Under the pieces are notes generated by a model that saw only the letters and a list, made by a program, of their open reading frames with translations, had not been told where the DNA came from and ran no database searches. Both the position numbers and the translations under genes were made by a program. A stretch of DNA of 64,000 nt, taken from positions 62,001 through 126,000 of the forward strand of contig KZ538012.1 in NCBI GenBank assembly GCA_000934665.2, in the 5' to 3' direction. Source of the stretch: Catajapyx aquilonaris. Taxonomy: Eukaryota. Below are positions 43,001 through 55,000 of the stretch, piece by piece (the stretch's first letter is position 1; each line of letters starts with the position of its first letter).

Positions 43001-46000
43001 TACGTACCAGCAGGATTAGAGTTACTGCCAAGTTTGACTCTTACAGTTAGCGTTTCAGGCGATGTGAGACCAAAATTCACTCTTACAGACAATATTTATG
43101 CCCTTGGAGATGTAGATGCCCTGTGCCTTGTTCCATTGTTTAATCCTTTATACCTTTCCCTTAGCAGAATCTTCTGCATAATTTATGCTGTTCAGTAAGA
43201 TCCACCTTGTTTCGCAACAAAGTTTCAGCTAGGATATATTGTGGAGGTTATTATTGCAATGCACATATCATATTTGATCGAAATATTTTGTTGACTTATC
43301 AGTACCGGTACAGTACCTTTGGCGATTCCTTTACGGAACGTACTGTACATATGAGTGTGTTTTTTGTATGAAATGTACTGCAATATACATGATCAGTTTT
43401 AACAAATTTGAGACACAGTCAGAGATTCCGAGATATTGAAAATCATCAGCCATGTCCGTCCAGGCCATACCGTTACAATTACCACGTTGAATCCGTACTT
43501 GCCATTGTGACGGTACGGACCCGGTGCCTCACACCACCGGACAATATATAGGCCTATTGCAATTTTCGCTTTTTATCCAATCATGTGTATTTGCATGCTT
43601 TGGCTTCTTTGAGGACATATTTTGTAATCTTCACCATATGTCATTCTAATATGTCAATTTACCGTATGTCGAAGATAGTGAGTGTTTCAGAATGAATTTC
43701 CGTACAAATTTTATTAAAAACAGGTTATATTCGCATTTAATTGAAAGAAAATAAGCTAAATGAAGTGCATCAAAGCGTCGTAATTGTCCTTCGGTCTTTG
43801 CAGTAGTTTGTAGTGTATGAAATATAAGCTGCAGTCATAAAGAATTTGTGGGCTTGTAGTGAATATTATAATATGCAGTAATAACGCATATGAAACTGAA
43901 TCGAAAAAACTACATATGAACAGTAGTTTCCTATGCCTGTTGCAAACCAAAGCAAAGACCGATATGTTTGATCAAGTGTGTAGACCATTGCGATTTGTGT
44001 CGTGACGTCCTTAGAATTTGTCCAGAATATGTCAGCTTCACGAGTGACCCGAGATTGTGTGACATATTTTGCTGTTGCTGCTCATACTACTGATTCTAGC
44101 TGCTGCTGTTGCTGCTGCTGGCGTGGACGTCCTAAAGTTTTTGGCCACTGTTTGTGGGTCGTTTGGCTCGTGTGGCATGAACATTCTTTTGTGGGTTTTT
44201 GCCTAGGTTTTTTTGTGCTGCTGTTTTTGTGTTTTACGAGGGTAACACTCACCCTCTCATGGGGCATGGAGAGGTAACGGATTAAATAAATAAAAAATAA
44301 TAAAAAACAAAATAATAAGAATAATAATAGGGAAAGGAATTTGCTACTCAAAGGGTGGGAACTAACAACGCTCATGTATCCTGATAGATTTCTTCGTAGG
44401 TTTAAGCAAATTCGCCAAGCTGGCCCGATCGGTGACCAGGAGTCGATCGGTGCTGGTGTCGCAATTTTCTTCGCATCTTCCTGCCGTCAAGGAGACGTCC
44501 AAGCAGTCCAACTTAGGCCATGTGAGTATCCTCTTTATTGTAATCCTAGTGTATTATCAGCATACAAGTCCCAAAAAGAAAGTTTTGAAAGAATCGAATT
44601 GGTTACATGCTAGTGAATACAGAAAATGAATGTCTTCCTGGCTTATGAAATCTTCATCATCATAATCATTCATGGTGTTTTCCTAAAAATATTTGGGGTT
44701 GCTAGCGGATAACGAGGAGGTCCTCGCTACCATATTTCGTATGACTAAAATGGACTTGACCAAGTGATACAGAAGTGCTAAATTATGCTAAAACTATACA
44801 CCGGACATTGCATACCGAGTTGCATACTGTATGCAGAAGCCCAACTAAACTTTGGCCAAATATATTCAATAACATGGCATTATATTCAAAGTATACACTG
44901 ATCTATCATTCATGTCACTGTGACACATAAACATAGTACCGTACGTAGTGTTTCAGTATTAGAGTTCTAAAGGGTCTTTTCATGATTATCGGCAGGTTTA
45001 TAACGTCACGTATAGCGTTATTTGAAAGCAGACTCCCTCAATTGATGCCCAGATTCTAACAATATACCTCTATCGGCTACTATGTATGGTTTCAACTCCA
45101 GGGGGCTTTAATTAATACATAAATGTGTGTCTAAAAAGGTAATTTTGCAACCTTGATCTCTTTGCAAGAGACGCGTGGCCCAGTTTTTTTTGGGTGCTAA
45201 AAGGGGTTCGTGATTTGGGGTATGGCGATGTCGTGACTCATGCATCCCACATTATGCTCGCCACTAATTTTACAGTGAGTTTTTTTTTCTTGTCCCCTTT
45301 TGCGAGCTAGCCACTGGACAAACCAAATCGTTTGAATAACGTTGTGCTCAAAGTACACAGGTACTTTGTGATTAGTAAACTGAGGGTGACAGTTAAAACG
45401 GTTTCTTGTGGAGACACACCTCTATCAAATCATTAATTTACCTTTTGTTGACTGCAAATGGGGTTCCATTGGGGCCCTTTATTACGAAACGCTGTTCCTG
45501 CTATTGTTAACTGGTACAAATGTTGTTATAATGGACTTGAAACAGTTTGAAAGAGGTTTTTGCCTTCAAGTATCTATGGGGCTCAAATTGTTTTGGCCAC
45601 TTTATTCTGGTCTTGAAGCAACCCTTCGCACAGGCCCCACGTTGAGCAGGTGTGTGTGTGTTCTTGTCTTCAATAAGGTCTGGGGACGGAAACAGGTGTG
45701 TTACTGTAACTCTGGGGACGTTGACCCAATTGTGGGGACATTTTCGGTCCCCACAGCTTGACCCACGAGAATATCACCGTTACAGTGGGGACATGTCCCC
45801 ACAATTTCGTTTTGCAGGGTTTCACAAAAGTCAATTTCTCTCAGCCTAGGTTACGTAGGGTAGGGTAGGTTAGGTTAGGTTAGGTTAGGTTAGGTTACAC
45901 TCGCTACGAAAAGTTCAGTTTCCACGTCCCCACACCTTAGTGAAGACAGGTCTATGTGTGTGTGAGTGGGAAGGGTTGCTTCAAGACCAGGATAAAGTGA

Positions 46001-49000
46001 CCAAAACAATTATTTTGAGCTCCATAGTACAACAGAATACTAACAATGCTGCTGAGTTTTTCATGGCGAATGATAGCAACTGCAGGTTGTTGAGCTATCA
46101 ACATAGGTCTGCATTGGTCCATAAGGACATCGTTCTGAATCCCTGTAAAATTGTTGGAAAAATGTGGAAAACTGGAAACGGCTCGTTCTCCAACAGCCTT
46201 GGGATTCAATTGACCTATTGGCTGAAAAGGGTGAATATTTCAAAATGGGCCAGCACAATGGACGTATTCTATAGTTTTTCACACGATACTTGCATTGAAC
46301 CACACATTTTTAATAGCTTACATTTAGTCCCATGGAGGGACATTGAGATACCTCAATATTGCTTAAATTTTTTGCTCAATTGCACTGGGGAAGTATTGAC
46401 AATTGGCACCTAGCCACTGACACCAGAGCCAAACGGTGTAACTGGTGTTCTTTTGCCAAAACTACCCAGTGACGTATAGCTAGTTTTTAAAATGTTATTT
46501 TAATTTTTTTTAAAGAAGGGGAGTTGGCGATTGTGAGATGGAAAAGTTGGTGGGCAAACCTTACTCTCTCCTCCCTCTTTCGCTACTAATTTTTCACCTC
46601 TCAACATTCGGCCCTCCTATATAATCAATATTGGGGTTGGGAGTTAGCCCCTACTCCCACCCCGCTTGGATGCGTCACTGGCTCTACCTATAGGCCAAAA
46701 AGGAAGGAATTTTAAAATTCCCAAGGTTCCGGAACCACACGGACCCGACAGTATACAAACTTCCTACAGGACTTCTTGCTGAAACTGATGCAAGGTGTTG
46801 AAAAAAAAAATTGTACACTGGGAAAGTTCAGGTTGAGTGGGTTCCGAGAGACGTAATAAAACATGATTTTATAGTAGATAAAATGCAAAGTTTTAAAGAT
46901 ATTTTACTGATAACAGTACATATTTCTATAGTTTGAGGGATCAAAAACAGACATGTCCACTTTTGTTTGGGAAACGCCATGAAGATGATGATGATGATAA
47001 TGACGTTTGGAATACATACACGCCTAGATGATTTTGTGTTAGGAAGCGAAGGTCAACACTTGCCTTTACCAGGCAATCATTCCTGCATATAAAACCAACA
47101 TTGGCTTGACATTTGAATTAATCGTCATACATGTCCATTGCAGAATTTAGAATCCCCTGTGGTCATGCACATTAAAAAAAATGCGCATCCCAGTATGCCC
47201 GTCTGTTTGAATAGTACTGATGTGTATGTGTAGGTGATGAGCCTGAGTGCAGATGTGACGCCCCAGTACCGGCAAGAAGCCCCGAAGACACCCCCGCACA
47301 TCCTGTTGCACTACTGTGCCTTCAAGGCGATTTGGGACTGGGTGATCCTCTGCCTGACCTTTTACACGGCCGTTATGGTGCCGTACAATGTGGCCTTCAA
47401 GAACAAGACGTCGGAGGACGTGAGCCTGCTGGTAGTGGACTCTATCGTGGACGTCATCTTCTTCATCGACATTGTTCTCAACTTCCACACCACCTTCGTG
47501 GGCCCAGGAGGGGAGGTGGTGTCCGACCCAAAAGTCATCCGCATGAACTATCTCAAATCCTGGTTCGTCATTGATCTTTTGTCCTGCCTGCCTTATGACG
47601 TCTTCAATGCCTTCGACCACGACGAAGATGTAAGTAATTGTTCCACTGCCGACTATGAGGAGAATGTAAGTAAAATCCCTCACCATCCTACCTCTTCTTG
47701 TCTCCTTATTCTCTTCTGTTCCTACACTTCCTTTCGCTCTCTCTAATTCTTTTCCGCCTTTGCCAACACCATTACCCTGGTTTTACCATCTTGTTCCCCC
47801 GAAACGTGCCATCTCTGATCTGCGCTTGAGGCCACACTATCGATTTATAGGCAACGGCATTTTGGTCGGAAACGCGCCAAATGAACTATCCGACGATATG
47901 CAGTAGAATGATGCTGACTCAATTTGTCTCTAAAAGGGATAATTATCCGGGTGAAATTTGAGTCTCTAAATGGAATTTTTGGAATTGGCTGTGTTGCTAT
48001 GAGGTTCAAATGCTCGTTAATATTGTTCTGATAGAGCTTGCAGTGTTATGGCGCAGGAATGTAAGCGATTCGGGTCAGATGGGGTGTTTTTATACCATTC
48101 CACATGCATATAACAACCGAGTTGGCCCATTCCATTGTGGTTAGTAGTGGCAAAGGATTTGGATACATTTTATTTTGATTCTGCTGGACCTGCTGCTCTG
48201 GGCCACTTCTCTCTCTCTCTCTCTTGTAGTCCTGAAGTAGTTCTATCTGCATGGCGCTATTGGCAGCTCATGGCTGTGATCGTTGCATTTTCAAAAACTA
48301 GGTCATCGGCTCTGTGTGTAGAAGAGGAGGCTTCTACAGTACAGACCTATGTATATATGTAAAATCCGTCAATTGAGGTGAGATTGTGCCAGCGCATTTT
48401 TTGGACAACAGTGCGCCCTACCGTGATTTTACTCGTCACCGGATCTGAGTATTCTAAGATCATGATCTTAGAATACTCAGATCCGGTCACTCCCACCCAC
48501 CCCCGCGTTTTGCAGGGGGTGTTCACTTGAGAGCGCCATTAGACATTTCAGAGCACTTCACTGGTACGGTATGTGGCGCCCCTACCGGACTACGCTGAAC
48601 TCTACAGGTACAAAAGGGAAGGGTTACATTGGGGGACCCATCATGGTCGCCGGCGGCCATGTTGGGCCCGCATGTAGCTCTTCCCTTTCGTACCTATAAA
48701 GTTCAGCGTAGTCCGGTAGGGTCGCCACATACCAGTGCTCTGAAATGTCCCATGGCGCTCTCACCTCTCAGGTGAGCACCCCCTGCAAAACGCCCCGGCA
48801 GGCGATAAGATCATAATGTAGTATAAGTATCCGGGGGCAGTTGCCAACCTTAACCACCCCTCAATGTATAAGTAAAACGTGCATAAATTCGCTTGCTACC
48901 AGTTGTTGTTCAAAAATGCGCTGGCACAATCTCACCCCAATTGACGGTATTTTAGAACTGTACAGAAAATTACAATCAGTGATTCTAGAAAATTATTTAT

Positions 49001-52000
49001 TAAAATTGGGAATATTTGTCTTGTTGTTGATGATGCAGTACCGGCACCTCATGCGTGTGCTATAGCATACTGCTCTTTGTTGGAGAGCATCAAATTAATG
49101 ATGGAATTTAATTTCTGAATTGAATTCACTTCAGGCTGTGGCTAATTTGGCAAATGAAGCGTTCTTTGTAATTGAATCCACAGTTATTATCGTGCACTAT
49201 TCATCGATGCAATATAGTTCCTACAAAAGATGTAACAAATATTTGTTATTTGCCAACCCCCATATAGGCCTGACTGCAATTTTTGTTCAATACACTGGTA
49301 CAGATATCAATATTTCCTGAACCTCCAGCGCCCAGTACTACACCCTCTTAATAAATTTGGGCACCCCATAAAATGCAGTAAATCCGTTTTTACCACATTT
49401 TCAAGGACAGGTACGGTGTATCCAGTCCAAGTATTTGCTCTTGGGTGAAACCGAACGAGATCGTAGACTTGGAAGGTTGAGCTAAATAATTCACTTGAGA
49501 CCCCCTGACCTAGTTTTAAAATTCTATGTGCGCAACAGATTCTTATAAATGCCACCTATAAATTGGCGGTATATGACCCGCTGACATAGTGCATATCTGA
49601 TATCGGAGTGGTATAAATGGAGCTTGCAGAAGGATTATAGACTTTGCAGGGTCGTTGTAAGGGCCATACAGTAGGTGGCCTGCTTATCAAAGGATGGATT
49701 TTGTGGCATGGCGTTGAGATTCTGTCGAGCTTATCTGGGAAAGAGGAACCCATTTGACATGGTCTTCATGGGCGGATACTCTCTGGGGGTTCCATGGGCC
49801 ATTGAAAATCATCTCGAGGCTTCGCAGTGAGAGGCGGATGCGGATTACGTCAATGATACTGCTTGTGCTGATCAAAAGAGCAGTGGAAAACTGGCTGGGG
49901 GGGGGGNGGGGGGGATGGAAAAATAGAAGAGAATGAACAGTTTTCGCTGTTGGTTTGCTCTGGGGATTACAAATACTGCAGCAAATTAGACTTCTAGTTG
50001 CGAATCCAATTGCGTGGACCTGCCTACAGTACTGAACAATTTGGCGGAATTCCTCGCAGGACCTGGAGTTGTTTTTTTTTGACTCAGTGAGCTACATAAA
50101 ATGAATTTTTTTGAACTTCTTTGCTGAGCACCATTATGACTTTAATTAAAACGGAATTACATCAAAAATACGGCCCACAAAGGAATGAATGGCTACACAG
50201 TATACCGTATATTACAGTAATATTTATCGTGCCAGTTGAGAGTTGTAACTTTACATTGTCAGTGAAATATAAACACAATATATTTATTGTAGAATGGCAC
50301 CTCATCATGAAATTATCGCAGAGACTAACTCCAATAAGTTCGTCGGAACATTATGAAATATCCTGAATTCTCAATTTTCATCGCTCTAAAATAGACATAT
50401 TTACAGCCTTCTTAAACCATGTCCCAAAAATTGTTTTACCTTTCAAGACAACTCACAGCCTGAGAAACACGACAATTTTCATGATGGAATTCGAGACGCG
50501 CGCGCGACATTTTCCACGACGATAAGGTCTGACTGAGGAGAGCGTGCTTTGCAGCAAAACTTGATGTCAAGGTGACGACGTGAGCAGCTTGTCGATGGGA
50601 GTAAAGTCTTGTATGTACCTTACCAGTGGTTTAACTCCATTCAAACTCGTGCCAGGTCACAGACTAAATCTCTTAAACAAATCACTGCATTAGCCTGGTC
50701 GTGACTGTGGAAAGAATAGGCTCTAAAATACCCGAACATTTTCTTCCACATCATCATATCGTTTAGAAACATTTTGAATTTTAAAAAAACAATAATGTGG
50801 AGTTATGGCACTTTAATTTTTAAATAAGGATGTGGTGTACCGCCACCCTGGCATCATTATGCAACCGGTTTCCGCCAGTCATATTTCTAATCTCATGAGG
50901 CAGTTTTTACTTGTACACTACCTGTCAAGTTAGAACCGTACGTAAATAGGTGACATATTTTTGGGCCAGATATTGATCACGTCATTTATGTCGCTTATCC
51001 CAAAACCTCCACCAATATATAATAAGCTTTTCCTTGGACACCACAACCCGGGCCCTCCTTACACGATCAATAACGATTACGACGATAAACTTTTTATAAT
51101 ACTGTTTACCAACCAGCATCCCAAGGGTCACATGAAATGGAACTGCGCTAATGAACTTTTTAGAGAAACAATTTAAATGCATACTAGAAATCTGTGTATT
51201 TGGGAGCACCACAATATGCTAACTCTAATCACGGAATATTGAACTCCTCTTTCGTGACGTCATTCAGAGAAGCGCCCCCCCCCCCCCCCTTCTTGCTGAA
51301 TGGCTGCAGCTAAGCTTATTTGTGTGCAAAATTATTATCAGGCAGTAATGCAGATCCAGATGGCTAGGCTTGTTGCTCTGTTGGCATGTGACAGGGTAGA
51401 TGATTATTATTTGTAGCCTGATGACATCAGAGCACATTTCGTTTAACTTACACTGCGTCAAACTGGATGCAAAATCGTGTTTAATTTCACGTAACTATAA
51501 GCGACGTGGACAACAAACCGAAAATGCAGCGGAGTTGGAATAATAGTGCTTGAAAATTGACGCTGTGTGGATCAATGAGCATATGGCGTTTTGTATTGGG
51601 AGCCTTTGGAATGAAGAGAGTAGCCTACAGCAGGGATGGGTTGCCTGGTGGTGGGAAAGCAGAATAGCCCTGGAATTAGAAGAGCTTTGTCCTCCGAGCA
51701 TGAATAGAACCAGCCTAATTGATCCTGGCCCCTGCTACCGGTATTTTGTTTGAAGAAATTTAGTGGACTCTCTTGTATGGAAGAACGCAAGATGATTACA
51801 TTCTGCAGTCTCATTTCAAAGAGTGTAACTGGACCGTCCTACCATTTTGAGCTGTACAGTGAACTTATGAATAGTAAATTCAAAAGTTTTTAGATCTGAC
51901 CTTTGCCCCTTTCAAAAGATGTTCTTGCGTGGAATTTTCGACCCATGAGTCCACTCGCGTGGAACACCCATCCGCTCCCCTACCCTCCATTTTTTTTTTC

Positions 52001-55000
52001 CGTGCTCAACCTTTGCCCCGCCCAAATGTTAAATCTTGCCCTCACTTCAAGTTTGCATGATTACGTCAAAATAGCGTGCAATGTTTAAAATGACCTCGCT
52101 TTGCACTCACCTCAACGATTATCGATGACCAGTCGAATTGACTGATGTATTAAATATTATCACGAAGCATCATTAAGGGTGTTTCGTACAGGGATTTCCC
52201 CGGTGCAGGTACTAAAGGGCGGGGTGGTCATATTACTTTGGGCGAATCGCTCGACATGCTTGCACCACCAGTAATTAACTAACAAGAGAGAGTAAGTGGG
52301 ACATCATCACACGTTTCAGACAGGTATTTTTCAGCTTGGGAATGTTCAATCCTAAGCATTCTTGCACCTTCTGTCCTTTCTTAAACTAGTGCTATGCCCG
52401 ATTGCATTACGATATGTCTCTTCTTCACTTTTCGACTCTTTTTATTCTACGAGTAGCCTGCAACAACCTCAATATCTTCTTGTGTTTGTATAAGAAATTA
52501 ACATCCCGCACGTAGATGACGTTGTATTATGTGTACATACCGTACTGTACATACATAGACTGGGATAGCAGTTCCCAGGACACCCGTAGATTAGTCGGTA
52601 ATGAACAAGCACATTTTTGGTAAATAGTGAAAATGATGTCCTCCAGTAATTACGACTGACCCTGCGGCTCCTCGCTGTTTCAGGGCATCGGAAGTCTCTT
52701 TAGTGCTCTGAAAGTGGTACGGCTTCTGCGATTAGGCCGAGTCGTGCGGAAATTGGACCGATACCTAGAGTATGGCGCTGCCATGCTCATTCTTCTCTTG
52801 TGCTTCTACATGCTTGTCGCTCATTGGCTCGCCTGTATCTGGTAAGAATTGCATCGTTGTGCATAGTTTTCGGAGAGAAACACAAAATAATTATTTTTCT
52901 GGGCAGGTATTCCATTGGCAAGACGGATGCAGACAACGGTCTTCAATATAGCTGGTTATGGAAGCTAGCCAATGTGACGCAAATGCCTTACTCCTACATG
53001 ACGTCTGAACACAACACCACAGAGCTCATAAATGGCCCACTGCGGAAAACTATGTATGTTACGGCGCTGTACTACACCATGACGTGCATGACAAGTGTTG
53101 GGTTTGGCAACGTCGCTGCCGAATCAGACAACGAAAAAATTTTCACCATTTGCATGATGATCATAGCAGGTACTAAATCGAGTTCATTGATTTTCTCTTA
53201 CCACTGCAGTGATATATCGTGTGCTCTATGAAAATATTGCCCTATTTCAGCGCTGTTGTACGCCACCATCTTCGGCCACGTGACGACCATTATCCAGCAG
53301 ATGACTTCAGCCACGGCCAAGTATCATGACATGCTCAACAACGTTCGCGAGTTCATGAAACTACACGAAGTGCCCAAAGCGCTCTCGGAGCGGGTCATGG
53401 ACTACGTAGTGTCCACGTGGGCCATGACCAGGGGCATTGACACGCACAAGGCAGTACTATTCTTTCTCATATATAAGATGTATTGTCAGTCTCTACACAA
53501 CACTGTATATAGTGTGTAGGAACTGAGTGTCAACAACACATCTTCACACATGCTTCCGATCTTATAGATACAAGAACACTCAGTGACATGACCATAATGG
53601 CATACATAAATGTCGTTTATCTCTCTTTCTCTTTCTCTACTTCCCTATTATGTACATACTGTTGCTCTTTCATCAATACTACTTGATGTTTTGTGTCGCA
53701 TGTGTGTGAAGTTTGTTGTCGAGAAGTTGGCTCGAACATCAATAAGAAAAAAAAGAGAATCTTGTAGAATTGAAGGGAAATATATTAATTGATAATCTCG
53801 GCGGTTGGCAGGTGCTGAACTACTGCCCGAAAGACATGAAGGCAGACATCTGTGTACACTTGAATCGAAAAGTGTTCAACGAGCACCCAGCCTTCCGACT
53901 CGCTTCCGACGGCTGCCTCCGAGCTCTGGCCATGCACTTCACCATGAGCCACTCTGCTCCTGGTGACCTCCTCTATCACACAGGGGAGAGCATCGACAGC
54001 CTTTGTTTCATCGTCACAGGATCTCTCGAGGTCATACAAGACGATGAAGTGGTTGCCATTCTGGGTTAGTGACCATTCTTCAGTGCTATATTTTGCTACT
54101 GGTCAGTTTCCAGTACACTTTAACATGTTTTAGGCAAGGGTGATGTATTTGGTGATGCCTTCTGGAAAGAACCTGCGGCAGGTCAGTCGGCGGCCAACGT
54201 CAGAGCTTTGACCTATTGCGACTTGCATGGAATCAAGAGAGATAAACTATTGGAAGTGTTAGATTTTTATCAAGCATTTGCCAACTCTTTTGCTCGGAAT
54301 CTAATCCTGACTTACAACCTAAGGCATCGGGTGAGTTTCATAATATTGTCTCGCCAGTTGCAGGAGTGAATATCCATGGTCCTTGTTTCTCCTGCAGCTA
54401 ATATTTCGTAAAGTGGCCGATGTCAGACGTGAGAAAGAACTGGCAGAGCGTCGTAAGAACGACCCTCAACTAGATCAGAATCAGGACCAGTTGGTCCGTA
54501 AGATCTTTTCTCGTTTCCGAAAAAGTACAGGCAGCAGCGAGAGAACCAGTCCAGCAGCCAGCCTGAGCGACTCGCCTACAGGGGCACCTCCTGGTTCGGC
54601 TTCCACTCCAGGAGGTGGTGGCCATTTGGACGTGGAGAGAGGCGATGGAGAAGGCGAGTCCGCCCCATCATCCGCTCCTGTAGCTTCAGCTGCTACCACA
54701 GCTGCCATCAAACCCAGACTCAGCTCTGTCTCAGAGGCTCGGGCACCTGCCAGAGGGAAATGGGGAGCACTTCTATCTGGAGGAGGTGGTGGAGGAGGAG
54801 GAGGTGGAGGGGGAGGAGGAGGCGGCGGGGGCGCCTCTTCGACATCCACTGCTTCGTCCCCTGCTTCCAATGGGAACAAAGTCTTTCCCAAAGCGCCCCG
54901 TTTGGGAGCTGCTCGTCAGCCACAAGAGTCCATAGCAGAAGGTGTAGAAACAGGACACAGCCCAGGGACAGTCAGCCCCGCACCGGTCATACCTGCATTG

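Noticed and set aside
47147..47686. 179-aa antisense ORF
   Set aside because: Shadow of the GC3-rich eag exon.
47666..52683. Mutually exclusive duplicate exons of eag
   Set aside because: No paralogous exon-like sequence was seen by eye; microexons cannot be excluded.
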